This document shows, one piece after another, positions 12,132-23,200 of a stretch of DNA of 64,000 bases. The notes beneath the pieces are model-generated. The model did not search any database. It was given only the letters and a program-made list of their open reading frames with translations, and had not been told where the DNA came from. Each line of letters begins with the position of its first letter. Within the stretch, counting starts at the first letter, position 1. The position numbers and the translations under genes are program-made. The stretch is from Eledone cirrhosa (lineage: Eukaryota), in assembly GCA_964016885.1 (NCBI GenBank), contig OZ024744.1:115134001-115198000 (forward strand). Direction: 5' to 3'.

Positions 12132-13236
12132 ATATAAAACAATGGAGATCTGTAGGACATCTGTAGTGTTATTGTAACAATATATAAAACAATGGAGATC
12201 TGTAGGAGATCTGTAGTGTTATTGTAACAATATATAAAACAATGGAGATCTGTAGGACATCTGTAGTGTCATTGTAACAATATATAAAACAATGGAGATC
12301 TGTAGGAGATCTGTAGTGTTATTGTAACAATATATAAAACAATGGAGATCTGTAGGACATCTGTAGTGTTATTGTAACAATATATAAAACAATGGAGATC
12401 TGTAGGACATCTGTAGTGTTATTGTAACAATATATAAAACAATGGAGATCTGTAGGAGATCTGTAGTGTTATTGTAACAATATATAAAACAATAGAGATC
12501 TGTAGGACATCTGTAGTGTTATTGTAACAATATATAAAACAATGGAGATCTGTAGTGTTATTGTAACAATATATAAAACAATAGAGATCTGTAGGACATC
12601 TGTAGTGTTATAGTAACAATATATAAAACAAAGGAGATCTGTAGGAGATCTGTAGTGTTATTGTAACAATATATAAAACAATAGAGATCTGTAGGACATC
12701 TGTAGTGTTATAGTAACAATATATAAAACAATGGAGATCTGTAGGAGATCTGTAGTGTTATTGTAACAATATATAAAACAATAGAGATCTGTAGGACATC
12801 TGTAGTGTTATAGTAACAATATATAAAACAATGGAGATCTGTAGGAGATCTGTAGTGTCATTGTAACAATATATAAAACAATAGAGATCTGTAGGACATC
12901 TGTAGTGTTATTGTAACAATATATAAAACAATGGAGATCTGTAGGAGATCTGTAGTGTTATTGTAACAATATTTAAAACAATGGAGATCTGTAGGAGATC
13001 TGTAGTGTTATTGTAACAATATATAAAACAATGGAGATCTGTAGGACATCTGTAGTGTTATTGTAACAATATATAAAACAATGGAGATCTGTAGGACATC
13101 TGTAGTGTTATTGTAACAATATATAAAACAATGGAGATCTGTAGGACATCTGTAGTGTTATTGTAACAATATATAAAACAATGGAGATCTGTAGGAGATC
13201 TGTAGTGTTATTGTAACAATATATAAAACAATGGAA
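12132..13236. repeat. 50-bp minisatellite, ~22 copies, abutting the exon acceptor
   Basis: Unit atataaaacaatggagatctgtaggacatctgtagtgttattgtaacaat; period 50 (12181 to 12231). Confidence 0.97.
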
Positions 13237-13239
13237 CTC

Positions 13240-13360
13240 CATGAGACAAGTCTGGCCAGTTGGCCATGCCATACCTTGCTCAGACAACACTAATTTGGTT
13301 GGGGTTTTTACAGTTGGATGACCTTCCTTACACAAACCCCGTTTATAATGTGGAACTGAA
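13240..13360 (-). mobile_element. Degenerate RTE-type 3' tail fragment
   Basis: ggtttttacagttggatgaccttccttacacaaacc resembles the tail motif at 8595-8630. Confidence 0.5.
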
Positions 13361-13796
13361 TGGCATTGTTATGAGGGAGGGGTGACAGGCACATTGGAAC
13401 AATAGTTAGGGAGCCAGGTGGTCCCACTAGGAGGGAGGTTTGGCCACACCAAGCCTTACACATTGTGGAGTTGTGTTACTGGGTGGTCCTGTTATGAGCT
13501 AGGTCAGGCCAGATGAACGTGCCACACCTTCCACAATATAGGGACTCTTGCTGTGATCTGGCTGGTCTCAGGAGGGAGATCTAGCCAGGGGCCACACCAT
13601 GCCTTACTCATAGTGGAGCACTGGGTGGCACCATTATGAGGAGAGTCTGGCTGCACCATACCATGCTCAGGACAGAACCATTATTTGGGATCCTTATATA
13701 TATATATGTATAAAATAAACATTTGGTGAGCCACAGCTATGCCAAAACAACAGAGATGAACGCCATCTGGCGGTGTCCAGCAGAAGCAAGGGGGAC

Positions 13797-13844
13797 AATC
13801 GTGGATACACATTTCAAACTGAACTGGTTCTCATCAGCACAATC
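13797..13844 (-). ncRNA. Minimal type I hammerhead ribozyme (canonical core)
   Basis: Minus strand: gattgtg CTGATGA gaac-cagttca-gttt GAA AT-gtgt-AT C cacgatt. Stem I is 7 bp (2 G:U), stem II 4 bp, stem III 2 bp, cleavage triplet AUC. Confidence 0.7.
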
Positions 13845-13959
13845 CCTTGCAACTGTTGGACTTTGAAAACAGGTGAGAATATGTGGTTTGTTCGTCTATG
13901 TAAATGAGGTGATTAATCTCATTTGCATATGAAGCTGTATAAGTTGGATCAACTTAGAA

Positions 13960-14027
13960 TTACAATTTAGCTTCAGGCATAGTTGTATACATATCTGCAT
14001 ACAACTATGCCTGATGCTAAATTGTAA
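13960..14027. repeat. 29-bp-stem hairpin next to (TA)n
   Basis: ttacaatttagcttcaggcatagttgtat-acatatctgc-atacaactatgcctgatgctaaattgtaa (one mismatch). Confidence 0.9.
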
Positions 14028-14040
14028 ATCTATCTATCTA

Positions 14041-14109
<69 letters not shown>

Positions 14110-14113
<4 letters not shown>

Positions 14114-15189
14114 GAATATATGAGAGAGATCAACACAGATACAAGTACACATGTGTTCCAATTACAAATGACCAAGTTAGCTAGGTTGAAAAAATACTAA
14201 CTTAAAACAATATGGTTTGCCTGACTCAATTTAAAGTAATAAATCAATAAAAATAACAAACCTATATCGGGCAACAGCCTTTGATACCCGGACAGACCTA
14301 AATCTGTTTTGCAAGAATTATTAACTGAAGGCAACAATTCCTGTGCTCTTCTGCGGGTATCCAGGAAATTCATACCTTTCACTTCATAGGATCTAAGAAG
14401 ACTGAACGATATGCTGATATAAAAGCACATGTCGCAGCACCTAGTGCATCTCAAACTCATGCCACTAAAAATAGCAGCCAGGTTTATGAGACTAAAGTTA
14501 GCTCTACACAAGTATACATGTGTTCCAATTGCAAATGACCAAGTTAGTTAGGCTGAAAAAATACTAATTTAAAACAATATGGTTTGTCTGACTTGATTTA
14601 AATCAATAAAAATAACAAACCTATATCGGGTAATAGCCTTGATACCTGGACAGACATACTTATATCTGTGTTCATCCCTCTCATATATTCAATTATATTA
14701 CACGGCTCGGAAAGATTCCCTTCTTTGAGCTATTTAATTGTAAAAGACTATTTTGAGTTTCTAACTCATTCTATGATATTCTCGGCTCCTTCACGTAGAG
14801 CTAACTTTAGTCTCATAAACCTGGCTGCTATTTTTAGTGGCATGAGTATGAGACGCACTAGGCGCTGCGACATGTGCTTTTATATCAACATGTCGTTCAG
14901 TCTTCTTAGATCCTATGAAGTGAAAGGTATGAATTTCCTGGATCCCCGCAGAAGAGCACAGGAATTGTTGCCTTCAGTTAATAATTCTTGCAAAACAGAT
15001 TTAGGTCTGTCCGGGTATCAAAGGCTGTTGCCCGATATAGGTTTGGTATTTTTATTGATTTATTACTTTAAATTGAGTCAGGCAAACCATATTGTTTTAA
15101 GTTAGTATTTTTTCAACCTAGCTAACTTGGTCATTTGCAATTGGAACACATGTGTACTTGTATCTGTGTACATCCCTCTCTTTGAGCTA

Positions 15190-15190
<1 letters not shown>
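14110..15190. mobile_element. Foldback repeat with ~375-bp inverted arms, flanked by (TA)n; family uncertain (possibly Penelope-like)
   Basis: ~14133-14507 is the reverse complement of ~14795-15170 (near-identical ORFs 14197-14511 minus and 14668-15105 plus). There is a third partial direct copy at 14508-14655, and a related element at 16494-17220. Confidence 0.75.
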
Positions 15191-15237
<47 letters not shown>

Positions 15238-15245
<8 letters not shown>

Positions 15246-15797
15246 ATACTTTGGGAGGGCCATGCTGCCAATAAGAAACACACGCACCAGTTGCTTTCAC
15301 TTCAATTTATTATATATTTATAAATTTATAAATTTACAAATTTACAAACTTATAAATTTCTGGTTGGTTGGTTGGTTCCACAACCAGATAGTTGTTTATA
15401 TATAGTCATAGTCCTTTCGTCACACACTCTGTGACCTCTTCAGTGACTGGGGATTCCTTTCTTCGTTTCTGTGCCTTTCCTTTCTTCTATCCTACGCCAT
15501 TTTGTTTCTGTGTGTGTGTTGTGTGCTCAGTTTGCACATGTGCCACATCCGGGTGTCTGTGTGTGTTTGTGTTCATTTTTCTATTTGTTTATTTATTTAT
15601 TTATTTATTGTTGGTTGGTTGTTTGTTCTATGTGTGTGTGTGTTTTCATTTTGTCCTGTGTGTGTTTTCATTTTGTCCTTAATTGTAAGTTGTGATGTTG
15701 CTGTTCCACTCATATTTTCTATTTAATTTTGGTTTTAATTCTTTTATGCTTACTTGTTTCTTATTGGCAACATGACCCTCCCAAAGTATAACAATAT
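15238..15797 (-). mobile_element. Probable Penelope-like 3' remnant bounded by ~45-bp inverted repeats
   Basis: atattgttatactttgggagggccatgctgccaataagaaac (15238-15281) is inverted at ~15755-15797. The minus strand encodes IKELKPKLNRKYE, like the C-terminus of Penelope GIY-YIG domains. Confidence 0.5.
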
Positions 15798-15940
15798 CGG
15801 TTTCAACACACGATTTCAGATAAAGAATCTTGCTAAACAAATTCAGAAACGAAATATATATATATACGTTATTCCGGGTTGAATCGGAGGTAACCACAGT
15901 AAGTAAGGAACTCAATACATAGCAGAGTATAACAGTTTTA

Positions 15941-16042
15941 ATATAGATGAGATTCTACAGGACTAGAACTGTTTCATTCATTAGAAATCAGATTCCTGAT
16001 GATTTCTAATGAATGAAACAGTTCTAGTCCTGTAGAATCTCA

Positions 16043-16048
<6 letters not shown>
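15941..16048. repeat. ~49-bp-stem palindrome containing a decayed hammerhead core
   Basis: tatagatgagattctacaggactagaactgtttcattcattagaaatca and its reverse complement; the plus strand contains CTGATGA-tttctaatgaat-GAAAC. Adjacent to (TA)n. Confidence 0.85.
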
Positions 16049-16116
<68 letters not shown>

Positions 16117-16493
16117 ATTTCCAAGAGATGGCGAGATGAATAGACCTGCGTTATCTCTAAGGAAAATCTTTTTAATTTCTGCTACTCCCCATTCTCTTCT
16201 ATCTTTCAATTTCATCTTTAATTTCTCATTCTATTTTCTGATGAAGGATTAGCATCCAAAATGTTAAGACTCTTTTCCTAATATATGAAGCATAAAATTA
16301 ATAATATATTTCTTCCTTGTACTTTGTCATTTGCTTTCTTATGTCTGTTTGCCTTTTGCATACACACACATTATATATATACACATATATATATATATAA
16401 TCAATTCTGTCAATAGGTAAAACAATAGTAACTTGTTCAGAACTTGGGGACCAATTTTCTATGTTTTATATTAATAAATTTATATATATATAT

Positions 16494-17208
16494 ATACTAT
16501 AAATATAGAGTTATAAACTCAAACAGTCTTTTACAATTAAATAGCTCAAAGAAAGAAATATTTCTGAGCTGTGAAATACAAGTTAATATAAATTAATATA
16601 TATGATAAACACTAATACAATCATATTAGTGTTTGTATTGTAAATGACCAAGTTAGCTAGATTGAAAAATACTAATTATATAAATACAGTTTGCCTGTCT
16701 CGATTTAAAACAATAAATCAATAAAAACAAACCCACATTGGCAATAGCCATGGTACTTGGACTAATTTAAATTTCAAAATCCAAACCTGTTCCGTAGATA
16801 AGTTTAAACTTCAAAATCCAAATAAGTTTCGATAGTTGAAAAAGTGAAAAAATACCATTTTCAGTTCTCATCAGCAAGTACCCAGAAAATTGGTATGTTT
16901 CACCTCAAAATATTTAAGAAGACTGATCAACGCACATGGTTTCTCCGTGTCAAGCTACCGCATACTCGTGCTGCTAGAAATAACAGCCGTTTTTATGGGG
17001 TTAAAATTAGCTCGACAGAAGGAGCCATAATACTATAAATATAGAGTTATAAACTCAAACAGTCCTTTACAATTAAATAGCTCAAAGAAAGAAATATTTC
17101 TGAGCCGTGAAATACGTGAAATATATTTATAGTATTACGGCTCCTTCTTGGTCATTTACAATACAAACACTAATATGATTGTATTAGTGTTTATCATATA
17201 TATTAATT

Positions 17209-17222
<14 letters not shown>
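16494..17222. mobile_element. Rearranged repeat related to 14110-15190, with direct (~85 bp) and inverted (~65 bp) terminal duplications
   Basis: 16495-16579 is repeated directly at 17031-17115; 16588-16652 is inverted at 17147-17212. Shares aaatgaccaagttagctag with 14165-14183. Confidence 0.7.
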
Positions 17223-17241
<19 letters not shown>

Positions 17242-17309
17242 ATTTAACTTAGAGAAATGATAAGGGTGACAACATGACAACAATGGTTACAGGGTATCTA
17301 TCTTTCACA

Positions 17310-18305
17310 ATGTCAGCCACCAAGTCAGGATGTCAATCACCAAGTTAGGGTGTCAATCACCATGTCAGGGTGTCAGTCATCAAGTCAGGGTGTCAGTCAT
17401 CAAGTCAGGGTGTCAGTCACCAAGTCAGGATGTCAATCACCATGTCAGGGTGTCAGTCATCAAGTCAGGGTGTCAGTCATCAAGTCAGGGTGTCAGTCAC
17501 CAAGTCAGGATGTCAATCACCATGTCAGGGTGTCAATCACCATGTCAGGGTGTCAATCACCATGTCAGGGTGTCAATCACCAAGAAGTCAGGGTGTCAGT
17601 CACCATGCCAGGGTGTCAATAACCAAGCCAGGGTGTCAATCACTGTATCAGGGTGTCAATCAGCATGTCAGGGTATCAATCACCATGTTGAGGTGTCAAT
17701 TACCATGTCAGGGTGTCAATCAGCATATCAGGGTGTCAATCACTGTATCAGGGTGTCAATCACTGTATCAGGGTGTCTATCACGATGTCAGGGTGTCAAT
17801 CACTGTATCAGGGTGTCAATCACTGTATCAGGGTGTCAATCACTGTACCAGGGTGTCTATCACCATGTCAGGGTGTCAATCACTGTATCAGGGTGTCTAT
17901 CACCATGTCAGGGTGTCAATCACTGTATCAGGGTGTCAATCAGCGTATCAGGGTGTCAAACACTGTACCAGGGTGTCTATAACTGTATCAGGGTGTCAAT
18001 CAGCATGTCAGGGTGTCTACCACCATGTCAGGGTGTCAATCACTGTATCAGGGTGTCAATCACCATGTCAGGGTGTCTACCACCATGTCAGGGTGTCAAT
18101 CACTGTATCAGGGTGTCAATCACTGTATCAGGGTGTCTATAACTGTATCAGGGTGTCAATCACCATGTCAGGGTGTCTACCACCATGTCAGGGTGTCAAT
18201 CACTGTACCAGGGTGTCAATCACTGTATCAGGGTGTCAATCACTGTATCAGGGTGTCAATCACTGTATCAGGGTGTCAATCAGCATGTCAGGGTGTCTAT
18301 AACTG
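17310..18305. repeat. 20-bp minisatellite (GGGTGTCAATCACTGTATCA)n, ~50 copies
   Basis: Direct reading; variants shift from caccaag/caccatg on the left to cactgta on the right. Confidence 0.97.
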
Positions 18306-18477
18306 GTGGGACTAAAAGAAAATATCTTCAAATGCGTAAAGTTGAACCAGAATGGCTAAAGACAGGCAACAGTTAAACTAGGGGCCAGTTTAACTCTAGC
18401 AGGCTCTCCAGGAGTTTCACCAAAGAAATAAAGATCTCAATTTACCCATTCACTCCACTATAAGCATGAAATAAGGG

Positions 18478-18672
18478 TTTCTAGATTTGGCACAGGTCGA
18501 GCAATTTGAAGGGAAAGTCGATTAAATCGACCCCAGTGTGTGACTTGTACTTTATTAATTGATCCCATGAGGATGAAAGACAAAGCTAACCCTGGCGGGA
18601 TTTAAGCTCATGGCGTAAAGGGCCATAACTCTACGTCGCTAAGCATGTCCGCCGCTCTACCGATTCTGCCGA
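18478..18672 (-). mobile_element. SINE (octopus-type tRNA-derived), near full length, diverged
   Basis: ggcacagg...gtcgattaaatcgaccccagt...ggatgaaagacaaag...gggatttaagctca (degenerate B box on the minus strand). Homologous to 18726-19298. Confidence 0.75.
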
Positions 18673-18725
18673 TGACAAGAAAAACCAAAGAAAAGTTTTC
18701 AAGTTAGAGGAAGAAATTTGGCAAC

Positions 18726-19298
18726 AATAATTGTTTCTACTTTTTGACACAGGGCCAACAAACCACAGTACATTACTGGTACTTTATTTTATCGACCCCC
18801 ATAAGGATGAAAGGCAAAGTTAATAATTGTTTCTACTTTTGGCACAAGGCCAGCAATTACCCAGTACATTACTGGTACTTTATTTTATCGACCCCCATAA
18901 GGATGAAAGGCAAAGTTAATAATTGTTTCTACTTTTGGCACAAGGCCAGCAATTACCCAGTACATTACTGGTACTTTATTTTATCGACCCTGTAAGAATG
19001 AAAGGCAAAGTTAATAATTGTTTCTACTTTAGGCACAAGGCCAGCAATTACCCAGTACATTACTGGTACTTTATTTTATCGACCCCGTAAGGATGAAAGA
19101 CAAAGTTAATAATTGTTTCTACTTTAGGCACAAGGCCAGCAATTACCCAGTACATTACTGGTACTTTATTTTATCGACCCCGTAAGGATGAAAGGCAAAG
19201 TCAACCTCGGCGTGATTTGGACTCAGATCGTAAAGGGACGTAACTATGCTGGAAAGCATGGCGTCCAACCCTCTACCGATACTGCCAATCCACCGCCC
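18726..19298 (-). mobile_element. SINE whose 3' half is tandemly amplified (95-96-bp unit x5)
   Basis: Unit aataattgtttctacttttggcacaagg...ggatgaaaggcaaagtt at 18726, 18822, 18918, 19013 and 19108. The last unit continues into the SINE head (19201-19298). Confidence 0.88.
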
Positions 19299-19330
19299 TA
19301 TAAAAGAGAAAGTTATAAATTGTAACTCAC

Positions 19331-19481
19331 CCATAATGTAGTCAGCTCCTTGGCATGATTTGATAACTTCGTTACATACAGATGATGTACTGATGGAGTT
19401 AAATACATTGTTAGCTTCTTTAATTCTCTGGTAACATTTATCTAAACATTTAGTCCACTCATGACAATGGTGTTCACTTCC
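19331..19481 (-). CDS. SYNRG: Synergin gamma internal exon (151 bp, phase 0 to 1), start of the conserved C-terminal domain
   Basis: ttttgcag|...|gtgagt; encodes GSEHHCHEWTKCLDKCYQRIKEANNVFNSISTSSVCNEVIKSCQGADYIM, matching SYNRG ENERYAYEWQRCLGSALNVIKKANDTLNGISSSSVCTEVIQSAQGMEYLL. Confidence 0.95.
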
Positions 19482-19501
19482 CTGCAAAATAGAATAACGA
19501 G

Positions 19502-20058
19502 ATCACCATCACCATCACCATTACCATCATCACCATCATCACTACCATCACCATCATCAACATAACCATCACTGTCACTATCATCACCATCATCATCATC
19601 ATCACCATAACCATGACCGTCACTATCATCACCACCCACCACCCACCACCACCACCAATCATCATAACTACCATCATCATCATCACCACCACCACCACCA
19701 TCACCACCAATCATCATAACTACCATCATCATCATCATCATCATCATCACCACCACCACCACCACCAATCATCATAACTACCATCATCATCATCACCACC
19801 ACCACCACCATCACCACCAATCATCATAACTACCATCATCATCATCATCATAAAAATCATCACTATCACCACCACCACAATCATCATCAACATCACCACC
19901 ACCACCAATCATCATAACTACCATCACCATCATCATCAACATCACCACCACCACCACAATCACCATAACTACCATCATCAACATCATCACCACCATCACT
20001 TTCACCATTATAAACATTATCATATTCATTATGTTCATCATCTCCATCACCATGTATC

Positions 20059-20090
<32 letters not shown>

Positions 20091-20147
20091 CACCACCATC
20101 ATCATCATCACCGTCACCACCATCATCACCATCATCACCGTCACCAC

Positions 20148-20206
<59 letters not shown>
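19502..20206. repeat. (CAT/CAC)n tract ending in an RTE-tail-like remnant
   Basis: Direct reading; followed by gttaacatctactctccacggctgcatgggtt, similar to the RTE 3' termini at 4990-5030 and 8535-8570. Confidence 0.95.
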
Positions 20207-20282
20207 GTTAACATCTACTCCTCCACGGCTGCATGGGTTACACAGGTATACTTATATATGAAATCACAACGCAAAAGACAAA

Positions 20283-23200
20283 TGTTGTTAAGGTGTTCAC
20301 TTCACAACATAGGTGTAGACATGGCTGTGTTGTTAATGTGTTCACTTCACAACATAGGGGTAGGTATGGCTGTGTTGTTAAGGTGTTCACTTCACAACAT
20401 AGGTGTATGTATGGCTGTGTTGTTAAGGTGTTCACTTCACAACATAGGGGTAGGTATGGCTGTGTTGTTAAGGTGTTCACTTCACAACATAGGTGTATGT
20501 ATGGCTGTGTTGTTAAGGTGTTCACTTCACAACATAGGGGTAGGTATGGCTGTGTTGTTAAGGTGTTCACTTCACAACATAGGTGTAGGTATGGCTGTGT
20601 TGTTAAGGTGTTCACTTCACAACATAGGGGTAGGTATGGCTGTGTTGTTAAGGTGTTCACTTCACAACATAGGTGTTGACATGGCTGTGTTGTTAAGGTG
20701 TTCACTTCACAACATAGGTGTAGGTATGGCTGTGTTGTTAAGGTGTTTACTTCACAACATAGGTGCAGGTATGGCTGTGTTGTTAAGGTGTTCACTTCAC
20801 AACATAGGGGTAGGTATGGCTGTGTTGTTAAGGTGTTCACTTCACAACATAGGTGTAGACATGGCTGTGTTGTTAAGGTGTTCACTTCACAACATAGGTG
20901 TTGACATGGCTGTGTTGTTAAGGTGTTCACTTCACAACATAGGTGTATGTATGGCTGTGTTGTTAAGGTGTTTACTTCACAACATAGGTGTAGGTATGGC
21001 TGTGTTGTTAAGGTGTCACTTCACAACATAGGTGTAGGTATGGCTGTGTTGTTAAGGTGTTTACTTCACAACATAGGTGTAGGTATGGCTGTGTTGTTAA
21101 GGTGTTCACTTCACAACATAGGTGTAGGTATGGCTGTGTTGTTAAGGTGTTCACTTCACAACATAGGTGTAGGTATGGCTGTGTTGTTAAGGTGTTTACT
21201 TCACAACATAGGTGTAGGTATGGCTGTGTTGTTAAGGTGTTTACTTCACAACATAGGTGTAGGTATGGCTGTGTTGTTAAGGTGTCACTTCACAACATAG
21301 GTGTAGGTATGGCTGTGTTGTTAAGGTGTTTACTTCACAACATAGGTGTAGGTATGGTTGTGTTGTTAAGGTGTTCACTTCACAACATAGGTGTAGGTAT
21401 GGCTGTGTTGTTAAGGTGTTCACTTCACAACATAGGTGTAGACATGGCTGTGTTGTTAAGGTGTTCACTTCACAACATAGGTGTAGGTATGGCTGTGTTG
21501 TTAAGGTGTTCACTTCACAACATAGGTGTAGGTATGGCTGTGTTGTTAAGGTGTTCACTTCACAACATAGGTGTAGGTATGTCTGTGTTGTAAAGGTGTT
21601 CACTTCACAACATAGGTGTAGGTATGGCTGTGTTGTTAAGGTGTCACTTCACAACATAGGTGTAGGTATGGCTGTGTTGTTAAGGTGTTCACTTCACAAC
21701 ATAGGTGTAGGTATGGCTGTGTTGTTAAGGTGTTCACTTCACAACATAGGTGTAGGTATGGCTGTGTTGTTAAGGTGTCACTTCACAACATAGGTGTAGG
21801 TATGGCTGTGTTGTTAAGGTGTTCACTTCACAACATAGGTGTAGGTATGGCTGTGTTGTTAAGGTGTTCACTTCACAACATAGGTGTAGGTATGGCTGTG
21901 TTGTTAAGGTGTCACTTCACAACATAGGTGTATGTATGGCTGTGTTGTTAAGGTGTTCACTTCACAACATAGGTGTAGGTATGGCTGTGTTGTTAAGGTG
22001 TTCACTTCACAACATAGGTGTATGTATGTCTGTGTTGTTAAGGTGTTCACTTCACAACATAGGTGTAGGTATGGCTGTGTTGTTAAGGTGTTCACTTCAC
22101 AACATAGGTGTAGGTATGGCTGTGTTGTTAAGGTGTTCACTTCACAACATAGGTGTAGGTATGGCTGTGTTGTTAAGGTGTTCACTTCACAACATAGGTG
22201 TAGGTATGTCTGTGTTGTTAAGGTGTCACTTCACAACATAGGTGTAGGTATGGCTGTGTTGTTAAGGTGTTCACTTCACAACATAGGTGTAGGTATGGTT
22301 GTGTTGTTAAGGTGTTCACTTCACAACATAGGTGTAGGTATGGCTGTGTTGTTAAGGTGTCACTTCACAACATAGGTGTAGACATGGCTGTGTTGTTAAG
22401 GTTTTCACTTCACAACATAGGTGTAGGTATGGCTGTGTTGTTAAGGTGTCACTTCACAACATAGGTGTAGGTATGTCTGTGTTGTTAAGGTGGCACTTCA
22501 CAACATAGGTGTAGGTATGGCTGTGTTGTTAAGGTGTTCACTTCACAACATAGGTGTAGGTATGTCTGTTTTGTTAAGGTGTTCACTTCACAACATAGGT
22601 GTAGGTATAGCTGTGTTGTTAAGGTGTTCACTTCACAACATAGGTGTAGGTATGGCTGTGTTGTTAAGGTGTTCACTTCACAACATAGGTGTAGGTATAG
22701 CTGTGTTGTTAAGGTGTTCACTTCACAACATAGGTGTAGGTATGGTTGTGTTGTTAAGGTGTTCACTTCACAACATAGGTGTAGGTATGGCTGTGTTGTT
22801 AAGGTGTCACTTCACAACATAGGTGTAGGTATGTCTGTGTTGTTAAGGTGTTCACTTCACAACATAGGTGTAGGTATGGCTGTGTTGTTAAGGTGTTCAC
22901 TTCACAACATAGGTGTAGGTATAGCTGTGTTGTTAAGGTGTTCACTTCACAACATAGGTGTAGGTATGGTTGTGTTGTTAAGGTGTTCACTTCACAACAT
23001 AGGTGTAGGTATGGCTGTGTTGTTAAGGAGTTCTCTTCACAACATAGGGGTAGGTATGGCTGTGTTGTTAAGGTGTTCACTTCACAACATAGGTGTAGAC
23101 ATGGCTGTGTTGTTAAGGTGTTCACTTCACAACATATGTGTAGGTATGGCTGTGTTGTTAAGGTGTTCACTTCACAACATAGGTGTAGGTATGGCTGTGT

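Noticed and set aside
14668-15105. Duplicated 104-145-aa ORFs as a gene pair
   Set aside because: They are the two arms of a foldback repeat and show no recognisable domain.
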